DNA of 64,000 bases from Alphaproteobacteria bacterium (GTDB lineage: Bacteria; Pseudomonadota; Alphaproteobacteria; Bin95), in contig CBDBGH010000001.1 of the NCBI GenBank assembly GCA_965205265.1, positions 129,077 through 193,076 of the forward strand, in the 5' to 3' direction. Shown here in pieces: positions 48,387 through 58,601 of this stretch (the first letter of the stretch is position 1; every line of letters starts with the position of its first letter). A program made the translations under genes and the position numbers. The notes below the pieces were generated by a model. The model was not told where the DNA came from, did no database searches, and saw only the letters and a program-made list of their open reading frames with translations.

Positions 48387-48795
48387 GCTGCCCACGGACC
48401 GGGATGCCCCGGCCGTCCCGGGATGCGTGGCGCTGGCCGCTCCGCTGGCGGCCATCGGCATCGCCGCCTGGGCGGGACTCCTGCTTGGCAGCGCGTCCGG
48501 ATCCGTCCCTCCCGGCGTCTACCTGCGCGCGGCCCCGGCCGACGCGACCTACGTCACCTTCTGCCTCGCCGAGCGCCACCGGGGCGCCGAATACTGTCCG
48601 CATTTCTGCTCCCCCGATCACCCTGACGGCACGACGATCCTCAAACGGATCGCCGCCCGCCATGCCGACGGCGGCCTGTCGGTCTCCGGCGACACCCCTC
48701 GGGCACTCGACAGCCGTGTGCTCGGCAGGATCGACCGCTCCGAGGTCCGGTCGTGGTGGCGGCCGCTGGTGCGGTTTGGGGCGCGGCGGCCATGA
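48373..48795 (+). CDS. traF: S26 signal peptidase, TraF-like pilin maturase
   Basis: SGSVPPGVY, ILKRIAA, GD..RALDSR.LG. Confidence 0.75.
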   Translation: MATARLPTDRDAPAVPGCVALAAPLAAIGIAAWAGLLLGSASGSVPPGVYLRAAPADATYVTFCLAERHRGAEYCPHFCSPDHPDGTTILKRIAARHADGGLSVSGDTPRALDSRVLGRIDRSEVRSWWRPLVRFGARRP

Positions 48796-49502
48796 GCGCT
48801 TCCGGAAAGAAGGCCCGGCGCAGGGTCCGTCCGCCCGACGAACGGCTCGCCCATCTCGACGGCGAGATCGCCCGCGTCACCACCCGCGAGGAGCGTCGAC
48901 TCATCCGCGTCGCCCGCCAGGCGGGCCTCTTCGGGCGCAGGATACCGTCGGCGCGGATCGGCGAGGTGCTGGAAGGCCTGGTCCGTGACGGCGGGCATCC
49001 TCTCTCGTCACTCGCGAAACTCAGGGCGCAGGCCGACCGGGTGCGCGGCAGACAGGCGGCCTCGGCCCGCTCCGACGACGCCCGCCGCAAGGCCATCCTG
49101 GGCGGTTTCCTGGTCGCGCAGTTCCGGCACAGGCCGGGGCTGATGGCGCGGATGCGGCCGGACATCGAAGGGCATCTCCGGAGCCATCGCTCGGAGGCGG
49201 TCGCGCAGGCGAACCTCGCGCTCGTCACCGCGTTCCTGGACCGGATCGCCGGCGGCGGGCCGGAGGTTCCGGCGCCCGAAACGGGCGCCGGGGACACGGG
49301 GCGGGCCACGCGTGACCGCGCCCGCCGCCAGATACCGCTTGGCGCCTGGCTGCTCGCCCGGCGGGATGCCATCCCCGCGCTCGACGGGCTCGTCAGGGAG
49401 GAGCTCGGGAGGTTCCTGGAGCGGGACAGACGGGCGGGACGCCGCAACGCCGCGCTGCTGGCCGACATGCTCGTGGGCGGGGGAAATGCCCCCTTAGGGT
49501 AA
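48792..49502 (+). CDS. TraD/MobC-like relaxosome accessory protein
   Basis: Two copies of the R.DxRRKxxLG motif (DDARRKAILGG; DRARRQIPLG). Confidence 0.6.
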   Translation: MSASGKKARRRVRPPDERLAHLDGEIARVTTREERRLIRVARQAGLFGRRIPSARIGEVLEGLVRDGGHPLSSLAKLRAQADRVRGRQAASARSDDARRKAILGGFLVAQFRHRPGLMARMRPDIEGHLRSHRSEAVAQANLALVTAFLDRIAGGGPEVPAPETGAGDTGRATRDRARRQIPLGAWLLARRDAIPALDGLVREELGRFLERDRRAGRRNAALLADMLVGGGNAPLG

Positions 49503-49604
49503 TCCCACGAAACAAACCTTCCGATGCGGCCTACTGCGCACGAGCAACCGCGACAACGCAGCCACTTACGGACCAAATGGAATTTCCTATGGCGGATCCG
49601 GGAC

Positions 49605-50320
49605 CTATGTTGGGTTTGGAACAACGTTGCATGTGTCAACCCCCCTCGAGGTAGACGCAAATTCTTCGAAAAACCCCGGCACGCCGTCGCCACCAATCAA
49701 CACTGCCCGATCCAGCGACCGGTTGAACAACTCGCACGCCGGCTCGGGGACGAAGAGGCAAGAGTGGCAGGCAGCCCCGTTCAGGGGGTCGCTTGCCGTA
49801 CTGACCCCGGACATGCAGAGCGGATCGGAGGAACACCACTTCAGACGCCCGATAGCGCGCCGGACGGTTCCCGCAATCCGGTGCGACAGCCCCTCGCGTT
49901 CCAGGCCTCCAAGAGTCCCGTCTTTGTCCGAGGTCGCGGTGTAGAGCAGAACTCCCGCCATGGGTTCGCCCTCCGCATCCGCATAGAGCCGCTCCAGCAA
50001 GGAGGCCGCACCGTATCCAGACGTGATCGAAAGCTCCAGCATCAGCGCATGGGACATGGCATGGACCAGAAGGCCGCGCGCGGTGACCGATTGCGGCGGC
50101 GTGTCGTCGGGGCGGTCGAACCGCTTCCGCCAGTCCGCGACCCATTCGTCGTGCAATTGCCGCGCACGTGCCTCGACCGTGTCTTCCGCTTCCCAGGCGG
50201 CCACTCTGCCCTCGTTCAGAGCCAGGAAAAGCCCCTCGCCCGAGGTGGCGATGGCCGGTCGCCAGTTGGCATTTCGTGACAGGGGCGCGATGGTCTGGCC
50301 GTCCGTCCCCTCGGGTGGAT
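49605..50320 (-). pseudogene. drmB: DUF1998 / DISARM DrmB C-terminal fragment
   Basis: GEGLFL, HAMSHALM, ASLLERLY, DGTLGGL, CSSDPLC, GAACHSC...CELFN; 5' part replaced by IS debris. Confidence 0.8.
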
Positions 50321-50613
50321 AACGCCGCTTATGGGCTTTTGCCGGATGCCATTTCGACCCATTGCCTGACTTGCGCATCGGTATGCCCAGGTCATGGCCA
50401 GGGCAACGACCACGAGTAGAGTTGCAGGTTTGGCAGGGTCGGTGATGTGGGTGTCTTCGATGTTGAAGCCTCGGGTTTTGGCATCAGCGAAGAGGCGCTC
50501 GATACACCATCTCTTCCGATAGAGGCGGAGCGCACTTTTGGGTGCCGGGATATTTGTGGCGACCAGAAGCAATTCGCCACCCTTGATCGCTTTTCCCTCC
50601 CGCGTTCCACCCT
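50320..50613 (-). pseudogene. IS4-family transposase fragment
   Basis: LVATN...LYRKRWCIERLFADAKTRGFNIEDTH (YREK-type motif). Confidence 0.75.
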
Positions 50614-50636
50614 GAAGTGCAACACCATTGGCGGTG
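50614..50636 (+). repeat. 23-bp direct repeat, copy 1 (IS30-type end)
   Basis: GAAGTGCAACACCATTGGCGGTG, identical to 54567-54589. Confidence 0.85.
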
Positions 50637-50883
50637 ACGACAGCATTTGCGAGGACGGCAAGAGCTGCCGCCGCCGCGCCGAGGCCTTCAGCCGGTGCGC
50701 CCGTTTCCAGTGGTGGCCAGAACATCCATGGTCCATCCCGCAACCATCTATCGATGCATCGACGGGACAATTTCTTATGACCCTCACCGTTCCGTTCACG
50801 CGTACAGGCCGATCTGATGGCGGAACCCAAGAAAGTGTACACCAAGGTTGACAGCGCCCTATTACAACAATATTGGTGTAAAT

Positions 50884-51363
50884 ATGCTGCCAAACTACAT
50901 ATCAATCCCCGGTGCGCCCTGGCCCGTTCTCACGCCTGGTGTCCATCCGGCGACGCTTGCCGAGATCGAGCGGCACTTCGCCTACAACTCCCGGCGACGG
51001 CAGCTGTTCCAGGGCCTGAAGGCCGCGGCAGCCAACCTCGCCCAGGCCGGATGCGGGGCGCTCTTCCTCGATGGCAGTTTTGTCACCGACAAGCCCATTC
51101 CCGGTGACTTCGATGCCTGTTGGGACCCGAAAGGTGTCTCACGACAAGAGCTGGACCCGGTCTTTTCCCGGTTTGCCAACCAACGCGAGGCACAGAGAAG
51201 GAGGTTCGGTGGCGAGTTCTTTCCGTCAACCACGCGCGCCGACGCACAGGACCGGACCTTCCTCGAGTTCTTCCAGATCGAGAGGTTCACCGGCCAATCC
51301 AAGGGGATCGTGCTGATCGACCTCAGCAATGAACCCATGCTCCAAACACAGGTGAAGTCATGA
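50884..51363 (+). CDS. DUF6932-like nucleotidyltransferase-fold protein
   Basis: LTPGVH...LDGSFVTDKPIPGDFD (GS...DxD), KGIVLIDL. Confidence 0.7.
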   Translation: MLPNYISIPGAPWPVLTPGVHPATLAEIERHFAYNSRRRQLFQGLKAAAANLAQAGCGALFLDGSFVTDKPIPGDFDACWDPKGVSRQELDPVFSRFANQREAQRRRFGGEFFPSTTRADAQDRTFLEFFQIERFTGQSKGIVLIDLSNEPMLQTQVKS

Positions 51364-52637
51364 TCCACAGCGACAGACAGCATCGCATCTCCAGCGGTGA
51401 ACTCGCCAAACTCAAGAGTGCCCTTGCCGCCACGGAGGCCCAACCCAGGGAAGAGGAGTGGCTTCAGGAAATCGAGGTCGCGGGCCTGAAAAGCCAGATC
51501 GCCGGAATCGAAGCCGATATCGCCCACTACGACATGCTCAAGGCAGGTGAGATCCCAGTTGCCAAATCTTTCTCGCTGACCGCGTTACCTGACGTCCTGA
51601 TCGAGGCGAGGATCGCTTCCGGCATGAGCCAGACCGATCTCGCGGACGCAATCGGTGTCCGCGCCCAGCAGATCCAGCGCTATGAGGCCTCCAACTACAT
51701 GGGAGCCAGTCTCGCGCGGCTGATCGAAATCTCAAAAGTGCTCAATGTCCACACCGTCGGCCTGTTCGAAACCGAGAGCCGACGCGAAGGGGCTGTCTAT
51801 GGCTGGGACGATGTCGATAACGTCTTCTGGCGGCAGATGCCCGCCCGCGAGATGGTGAAACGGAAATGGTTCGACGTCCCGCATGGGGCCGATCTGACCG
51901 AACGGATCAAGGCGTATTTCCTGGATGCCGCAGGGCCGCAGTTCGCGACCGCGCTGCATCGCAAGAAGATGCGCGGATCCACACTTCCCAACGAGCACTC
52001 CCTGCTCGCCTGGCAGGCCCGGGTGCTGGAGCGGGCCCGTGCGCATATCGAAGACGAGGATATCCCCGCATTTCGCCTGGACGATCGCTGGCTCCCGGAT
52101 CTCGCCCGGCTCACACGCCGAAAGGATGGCCCGAGGCGCACCCGTCAGCTCCTTGCCGAACATGGCATCGCGCTCGTCACCGAGGAACATCTGCCCGGTA
52201 CGTATCTGGACGGCGCGGCCATGTTGGGCAGCGGGGACCGGCCCGTGATCGGCCTTACCCTGCGTCACGACCGGCTCGACAACTTCTGGTTCGTCCTCTT
52301 CCACGAGATCGGACACATCTTCCTGCACCTCTCGGCCGGGATCCGGTACGATTTCTTCGATGACGGGGACTCCAGTACGGAGGACAGCGTTGAGACCGAG
52401 GCCGACCGGTTCGCGTTGGATAACCTGATTCCCGAGGGTCTCTGGGACCGGTGCCTGTCACGCTTCGCACTGTCGGAAAGGGCCGTTCAGATAGATGCGC
52501 GGCAGCTCGGTATCGATGCGAGCATCATCGCCGGACGCATCCGAAAGGAGCGGAACGACTACACCATCCTTAACGGGCTCGTCGGCTATCATAAGGTCCG
52601 TGCGCAGCTGAAGGAGGGATATGATGGTCCTGAGTGA
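51360..52637 (+). CDS. XRE HTH + ImmA/IrrE (M78) metallopeptidase protein
   Basis: ARIASGMSQTDLA...QQIQRYE HTH; TYLDGA, RHDRLDNFWFVLFHEIGH, ETEADRFA. Confidence 0.85.
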   Translation: MIHSDRQHRISSGELAKLKSALAATEAQPREEEWLQEIEVAGLKSQIAGIEADIAHYDMLKAGEIPVAKSFSLTALPDVLIEARIASGMSQTDLADAIGVRAQQIQRYEASNYMGASLARLIEISKVLNVHTVGLFETESRREGAVYGWDDVDNVFWRQMPAREMVKRKWFDVPHGADLTERIKAYFLDAAGPQFATALHRKKMRGSTLPNEHSLLAWQARVLERARAHIEDEDIPAFRLDDRWLPDLARLTRRKDGPRRTRQLLAEHGIALVTEEHLPGTYLDGAAMLGSGDRPVIGLTLRHDRLDNFWFVLFHEIGHIFLHLSAGIRYDFFDDGDSSTEDSVETEADRFALDNLIPEGLWDRCLSRFALSERAVQIDARQLGIDASIIAGRIRKERNDYTILNGLVGYHKVRAQLKEGYDGPE

Positions 52638-53724
52638 CGGCATGTACGTCCCGGCGCTGCGCTGGCGCCAGGGCGAGTACCAGGCGCTCTGGCGTCTGGA
52701 AGATGCCGTGAAGGATAAGGTGGTTCCCCTGATCACCGTGCCGGAGGTCGAGTTTGATTTCGAACTGCGGCAACCTAAGAGGACCGTCCACGAGCATGCA
52801 CTGCCCTTCCCCGACCGTTTCAGGAGCAAGTGGGGTCGCCGACCCGCATGGGTCCATCTTGATGAGAGGATCGCCATCGGTCGTATGGACGATGGGGCAC
52901 ATATCTTCGACTATGTCTTCGACGCCCTCCGCCCGCACCAAACCTCCGCCATACCCTCTGTCCCCCTTGGCACGGACACGGACACGCTTGCGGCTGCGGC
53001 GCGCGCCGTCAGCCACGACCGCCGCGGCATTGCGGTCACCCTCAGACTGGAGGATCTGATGGCCGGAAACCCAAAGCGGAGTGTCGTCAGGCTCCTCGAG
53101 ACAGTGTCATCCGATCCTAGGGATGCCGATCTGATCATCGATCTTCACGCCCCGAATTTCGAACCTTACGATGCCTTTGCCAGGGCTTTGGTGTCCGCCT
53201 TGCGAAAGATGGGCGACCTCAACCAGTTCAGGAACCTGGTGCTCCTCTCAACCGCCATCCCGGATACCTTTGCCGGTATCGCCAGGGGCACGGACCGGAT
53301 TCCGCGCCATGACTGGCTTTTCCACAGAGCCCTGTTGGCGGCGTTGCCGGGCGACATGCGGAAGCCGACCTATGGTGACCACACGATTGTCCATCCAGAC
53401 TTCGTCGCCAAGGATATGCGAAAGATCAGGGCCGCCGGAAAGGTCATCTACACCACCACTGACACCTGGGCAACGCGCAAAGGTGGCGCCTTCAGGGGGA
53501 ACGAGGCCCAGATGCACCGCCATTGCGAGGAAATCGTCAAGGACAGCACGTTCCAGTTCAAGGGCGCGGCTTTCTCATACGGTGATGGCTACATCGCCGG
53601 CTGTGCCTCGGGGCAGGAGCGGCCGAGCAACCAGACCCGCTGGAAGGTTGTTGCCATCAACCATCACATCACGATGGTCGTGAAAGATCTCGCCACAGCC
53701 GCCGCCGCTCCATGGCCGCCCTGA
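52621..53724 (+). CDS. beta-protein family (sce7725-like) protein
   Basis: YVPALRWRQGEYQAL N-terminus; YGDH; FSYGD...W...INHHIT C-terminus. Confidence 0.75.
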   Translation: MMVLSDGMYVPALRWRQGEYQALWRLEDAVKDKVVPLITVPEVEFDFELRQPKRTVHEHALPFPDRFRSKWGRRPAWVHLDERIAIGRMDDGAHIFDYVFDALRPHQTSAIPSVPLGTDTDTLAAAARAVSHDRRGIAVTLRLEDLMAGNPKRSVVRLLETVSSDPRDADLIIDLHAPNFEPYDAFARALVSALRKMGDLNQFRNLVLLSTAIPDTFAGIARGTDRIPRHDWLFHRALLAALPGDMRKPTYGDHTIVHPDFVAKDMRKIRAAGKVIYTTTDTWATRKGGAFRGNEAQMHRHCEEIVKDSTFQFKGAAFSYGDGYIAGCASGQERPSNQTRWKVVAINHHITMVVKDLATAAAAPWPP

Positions 53725-54304
53725 TATTGGCAGTGAGCTGCGTTTCGCCTATGGTGTCGACCAGGGCCCTGTAGAGGACGGCGCGGGGAGCGCACAGGTC
53801 CGCTTTGTCAGCCCCCAGCGCGGCCAGAATCGACCGGACCTCATCACGCCACAGGAGATGAGCCATCACGAATGGATCGACATCCGGGTTACGGCGCGTG
53901 CGCTGCAGAACGTCGAACCGTATGGCGCCGCGGGGACCCCGGGAGGCCCGCAGGACACCACACCAGGATGGCGCGCGTTCCAGCACCGGGCCGACATGGC
54001 GGTCGGCAACCACCAATGTCAGCTTCTGCAGGGACTGGCTGTAGGTCTCAAGCTGGCCCGCGAGCCTCCCGAGACCGTCGACGGCGCTCTTGATCTCGTA
54101 CCCGTGAACGACGCCGTTGATCACCGCGAGATCGATGCGCCGCCGGGCATGTGCGAGTCCCAGTTCGTGGATGACCAGCGTGTTCGCGTCCCGCACATGG
54201 CCGCGAAGCGGCTTTGCCAGCAATCCCTGCCGGATGGCCCAATCATTCAGCGGTGCATCGAAGGAGCGCTTCGAACTGTTCCTCCGTATCGCTGCGCGGG
54301 ACAT
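53669..54304 (-). CDS. sce7726-like PD-(D/E)xK-type protein
   Basis: VIHELGL...RIDLAVING.VHGYEIKS..D.L.RL..Q; LLWRDE. Confidence 0.75.
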   Translation of the reverse strand: MSRAAIRRNSSKRSFDAPLNDWAIRQGLLAKPLRGHVRDANTLVIHELGLAHARRRIDLAVINGVVHGYEIKSAVDGLGRLAGQLETYSQSLQKLTLVVADRHVGPVLERAPSWCGVLRASRGPRGAIRFDVLQRTRRNPDVDPFVMAHLLWRDEVRSILAALGADKADLCAPRAVLYRALVDTIGETQLTANIRAAMERRRLWRDLSRPS

Positions 54305-54566
54305 TGGCTGGTCATCCTCCCCCTGGATAGCGGCACCGCGGCTTTGTAGATGAAGCCTTCCTGACGGCCGTTCGCTGTCACGATGCTACCGACGGGCCCG
54401 TGGCCTGACAAGGGGCAGGGCAATCGAATTTGGATCTCTGTCGTCGCGTTGATGGCCCTAAATGCATAAATGTAGCGACCTGCAATCATGAACGCATCGG
54501 CCTGCATTCAGGCCTGTACGCATGAATGGAACGGTGGGGCTCATAAAGCATGCCCTATTCCAGTAC

Positions 54567-54878
54567 GAAGTGCAACACCATTGGCGGTGGTGACCGGTTT
54601 TCCTGCCGTATGATGTTGCGGATCGGCCAGCAGGCGGCGACAGTCCCCTTGTCGGGAAGAGGGAGACCGCCATGCCCGAGGGCCAGCGCCACCTGACCCA
54701 TGGGATGGATGCCGGATCGGCGCGCTGAGGGAAAGCGGGCTGTCGGACGGGGCGGTCGCGGCCCGTCCGGGCCGTGACCGCCCATCGGTCTGGCGGGAGC
54801 TGCGCCGGAACGGCGGGGATTCGGGCTACAGCCCGGGCGCGCCGCAGGGGAAGGCGGAGGCGCGCCGCAGCGGGGCGT
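54567..54878 (+). mobile_element. IS30-family remnant (end plus HTH fragment)
   Basis: Second copy of the 23-bp repeat followed by frameshifted HLT...RIGALRESGLS..VAAR.GR...VWRELRRN...Y...QGKAEARR. Confidence 0.6.
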
Positions 54879-54948
54879 GGGGTCTGAGTAGCAAAGGAAC
54901 AGAAAACCTACATAACGGGTCGAGTGCCGGAAGGGGCGAAAAACCCCG

Positions 54949-55554
54949 TTAAGGACTTGCCCGATGCCGTTTCATGATTTCAAGCACGGTGTTCTTGCTG
55001 ATTCCGAGGTCGTGCGCGATCCATCGGTAGCTCCGGCCCTCCCCGACGGCCCGGATGACCTTCGGCGCGAGCCTGTCCGATTTCGGTCTCTGCCCGGGCT
55101 GGCGACCGAGTTTCTTTCCCCGCGCCTTCGCCGCCGCCAGTCCTGACCTGACGCGCTCGCCCAGCAGGTCGCGCTCGAACTGCGCGATGCCCGCCAGCAT
55201 TGTGGCCATCATCCGTCCGTGCGGGGTGTCCAGTTCGAATGTCAGGCCGTGCATCGCGACCAGTGAGACATTCCAGCCCGATAGCATTTCCAGGGTGGCG
55301 AGCAGATCCCGGGTCGACCGCCCCCACCGGGAGAGCTCGGTCACGAGGATGGCGTCGATCCGGCGGGCCTGGGCAAGGTCGATCACCTGCCTGCGGAGGC
55401 GGCGGGAGGCCGAGGCTCCCGAAGCGGTTTCCTCGAAAACCCCGACAACCTCATAACCGCAGCGACGGGCGAATCCCTTCAGGTCGGCGACCTGCCGGTC
55501 GCAGCTCTGGTCGGCGGTCGAGACACGGGCGTAGATGGCGGCTGACCGTCCCAT
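54949..55554 (-). CDS. tnpR: serine resolvase
   Basis: YARVSTADQ, LSRWGRS, AQFER, C-terminal HTH. Confidence 0.92.
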   Translation of the reverse strand: MGRSAAIYARVSTADQSCDRQVADLKGFARRCGYEVVGVFEETASGASASRRLRRQVIDLAQARRIDAILVTELSRWGRSTRDLLATLEMLSGWNVSLVAMHGLTFELDTPHGRMMATMLAGIAQFERDLLGERVRSGLAAAKARGKKLGRQPGQRPKSDRLAPKVIRAVGEGRSYRWIAHDLGISKNTVLEIMKRHRASP

Positions 55555-55647
55555 TTGAACCCCACTGGATTTTCGGTGTGTAACCCATTGAAATCCATCA
55601 TAGGGCAACCGTCCCTGACAGACCACCCTTCAAGGAGGACAGACTGA

Positions 55648-58551
55648 ATGCCAAGACGCAATGTCCTGACGGCCCGCCAGCGGGCCTCTCTCTTCGACCT
55701 GCCCTCTGACGGGGCGTCCCTGCTGCGTCACTATACCTTGGCGGATGACGACATCGAACACATCCGGTTACGACGGAGACCGGAAAACCAGATCGGTTTC
55801 GCGCTGCAGCTCTGCGCGTTCCGCTATCCGGGGCGGCTGTTGAGGCCGGGCGAACTGATCCCCGAAGCCCTGTCCAGTTTCGTCGCCGCCCAGATCGGGC
55901 TGAGGACGGAGGATCTTCTGCCATACGCAAGCCGCGAGAACACCAGGTACGAGCATCTCTCGGCCCTGCGCGGGATTTACGGGTACAGGATGTTCACGGG
56001 CAAGCGGGCGAAGAGGATGAAATCCTGGATCGGCCAGCAGGCCGAAGCGGCGGAATCAAACGAAGGCCTCGTGAGTGACTTCGTGGCGGAATGCCGGCGT
56101 CAGCGGATAATCCTGCCCGGCATCTCGACCATCGAGAGGCTGTGCGCCGGTGCCCTGGTCTCCGCCGAGCGCCGGATCGACGCCCGGATCGTCGCTCGCC
56201 TGAAAGGCGGGATGCGCGACCGCCTTGACAGCCTCATCAACGAGGACGCGGATGGCAGGATCAGCAGATTCGTCTGGCTGCGCCAGTTCGAGGTGGGTCG
56301 AAACACGGCCGATCTCAACCGCCAGCTCGACCGGCTGGAGTTCCTGCAGGGGATCGACCTCCCGCCCGCGGTCCTTGATGATATCCCACCCCACCGGATC
56401 AAACGCCTGCGGCGCCAGGGCGAACGGTACTTCACGGGCGGTCTTCAGGAGATCACCGGTGACCGCCGCCTCGCCATTCTGGCCACCTGCGTCGTGGAGT
56501 GGCGCGCTTCCATTGCGGATGTCGTCGTCGAAACACATGACCGGATCGTGGGCCGGGCATGGCGGGAGGCGAGGAAACACTGTGAACTTCGGGTCAGGGA
56601 GGCGCAGGCGGACATCTCCGGCACACTGGCCGGTTTTGGATCGCTGGGCGCGGCGCTGCTGCTGGCAAGGGGCGATGACGCGGCCCTGACCGGCGCGGTT
56701 GACGCGTCCTGCGGCTGGGACGGGCTGGGGACGCTTGTCGCCAAGGCCACCAGACTGGGGCAGACCGCCAAGGCCGAGCCCCTGGACCATATCGTGAAGG
56801 GGTTCCACAGTTTCAGGCTCTATGCGAGACGCATGCTGAACGCGCTGGATATCAGGGGCGGTACCGCGGCCCAGCCCCTGCTCGATGCCGCAGCCATTAT
56901 CCGGGACGGGCTGGACATTCCCTCCCGGTCGATGCCTTTCCTGGCACCCCGGTCAAAGTGGCGGGAACAGATGCGAAAGCCGGAAACCGACATGGAGCGG
57001 CTTTGGACCGTGGCGGTGATGTGCCATCTGCGTGAAGCCTTCCGGTCCAACGACATCTGGCTGGCACATGCCCGCCGGTATGCCGACACAAGACAGGTGC
57101 TCGTGCCGGTCGAGGTGGCGCAGGCCATGCCGGAACTCACGATTCCACTGGAACCCGGCGCCTGGATCAGGGATCGCAGACGCCGGCTTGAGGATGGACT
57201 GGCCCGTCTCGCGGCGGCGGTCAGGAACGGCGCCCTTCCCAACGGCATCATCGAAGCCGGCGAGCTGCGAATCGAGCGCCTGAAGGCCGATGTGCCCGAA
57301 GAGGCCGGTGAGCTGGTCCGCGATCTGTACCGGCGTCTGCCCAATGCCCGGATCACGGATATCCTTCTCGACGTGGACAGCGCGACGGGCTTCACCGAGC
57401 CTTTCACGCATCTGCGCACGGGCACCCCCTGCAGGGACAGGATCGGGCTGCTGAATGTCCTGCTGGCGGAAGGGCTGAACCTTGGCCTGAGCAAGATGGC
57501 CGAGGCGACCAGTTCGCATGACTATCTCCAGCTGTCCCGCCTGTCGCGCTGGCACGTCGAGAACGGGGCGATCAACCAGGCCTTGGCCATGGTGATCGAG
57601 GCGCAGTCCAGACTGCCCATGGCCCGGCACTGGGGCTCGGGCCGGACCTCATCCAGCGACGGGCAGTTCTTTCCGGCCGCGCGCCAGGGCGAGGCCATGA
57701 ACCTGGTCAACGCCAGATACGGTCAGGATGCGGGACTGAAAGCCTACACCCATCTGTCCGATCAGTTCGGACCTTTCTGGATCGCCGCCATACCCTCCAC
57801 GGTGAGCGAGGCGCCGTACATTCTGGACGGCCTGTGCCTGACCGAGACCGGAAAGCGGATCAGGGAACACTACACGGACACGGGCGGGTTCACCGATCTC
57901 GTGTTCGCGGCCAGCTCGCTGCTGGGCTATCTCTTCATCCCCCGCATCCGGGACCTGCCATCCAAGAGGTTCCACGTCTTCGATCCCGGAAGCGTCCCAA
58001 AAGAACTCAAAGGCGTGACCGGGGACAGAATCCGGGAAATGACGGTCATCGACAACTGGTCCGATGTGCTTCGCTGCACCGCCACGATGCTCTCCGGCAA
58101 GGTACCGCCGAGCCAGATGCTGAAGCAGCTGTCGGCCCGGCCGCGCCAGCACGACCTGGCCATAGCGCTGCGGGAGGTCGGACGGATCGAGCGGACGCTG
58201 TTCATGATTGAATGGGCGCTGGATACCGACATGCAGCGACGGGCCAGTATCGGCCTCAACAAGGGCGAATCACACCATGCCCTGAAGAACGCGTTGCGGA
58301 TCGGCCGCCAGGGCGAGATCCGGGACCGGACAACCGAGAGCCAGCACTTCCGTCTCGCCGGCCTGAACCTGCTGACGGCGATAATCATATTCTGGAACAC
58401 GCGGCAGCTCGGCGCGGCCGTCATGCAGCGCAGGCGCGCGGGTCTGGAAACGCCTGATAAACTGCTCGCGCATATCTCGCCCCTCGGATGGGAGCATATC
58501 CTTCTCATCGGCCAGTACATCTGGCCTGGAGAGGGAGCCGAAATCGCCTGA
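55648..58551 (+). CDS. tnpA: Tn3-family transposase
   Basis: 967 aa; SSSDGQ, EAPYILDG, YTDTGG, LNKGESHHAL, HISPLGWEHI. Confidence 0.95.
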   Translation: MPRRNVLTARQRASLFDLPSDGASLLRHYTLADDDIEHIRLRRRPENQIGFALQLCAFRYPGRLLRPGELIPEALSSFVAAQIGLRTEDLLPYASRENTRYEHLSALRGIYGYRMFTGKRAKRMKSWIGQQAEAAESNEGLVSDFVAECRRQRIILPGISTIERLCAGALVSAERRIDARIVARLKGGMRDRLDSLINEDADGRISRFVWLRQFEVGRNTADLNRQLDRLEFLQGIDLPPAVLDDIPPHRIKRLRRQGERYFTGGLQEITGDRRLAILATCVVEWRASIADVVVETHDRIVGRAWREARKHCELRVREAQADISGTLAGFGSLGAALLLARGDDAALTGAVDASCGWDGLGTLVAKATRLGQTAKAEPLDHIVKGFHSFRLYARRMLNALDIRGGTAAQPLLDAAAIIRDGLDIPSRSMPFLAPRSKWREQMRKPETDMERLWTVAVMCHLREAFRSNDIWLAHARRYADTRQVLVPVEVAQAMPELTIPLEPGAWIRDRRRRLEDGLARLAAAVRNGALPNGIIEAGELRIERLKADVPEEAGELVRDLYRRLPNARITDILLDVDSATGFTEPFTHLRTGTPCRDRIGLLNVLLAEGLNLGLSKMAEATSSHDYLQLSRLSRWHVENGAINQALAMVIEAQSRLPMARHWGSGRTSSSDGQFFPAARQGEAMNLVNARYGQDAGLKAYTHLSDQFGPFWIAAIPSTVSEAPYILDGLCLTETGKRIREHYTDTGGFTDLVFAASSLLGYLFIPRIRDLPSKRFHVFDPGSVPKELKGVTGDRIREMTVIDNWSDVLRCTATMLSGKVPPSQMLKQLSARPRQHDLAIALREVGRIERTLFMIEWALDTDMQRRASIGLNKGESHHALKNALRIGRQGEIRDRTTESQHFRLAGLNLLTAIIIFWNTRQLGAAVMQRRRAGLETPDKLLAHISPLGWEHILLIGQYIWPGEGAEIA

Positions 58552-58601
58552 AGGGGTTTTTCGCCCCTTCCGGCACTCGACCCCCATAAGGATTTTGTCG
58601 G

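Larger units (their letters stand above)
54916..58584 (+). mobile_element. complete Tn3-family transposon (tnpR-res-tnpA)
   Basis: 38-bp IRs 54916-54953 and 58547-58584 sharing a 31-bp identical block; TSD CATAA at 54911-54915 and 58585-58589. Confidence 0.92.

Noticed and set aside
49605-50378. Functional DISARM system
   Set aside because: Only a 5'-truncated drmB; no drmA, drmC or cognate methylase adjacent
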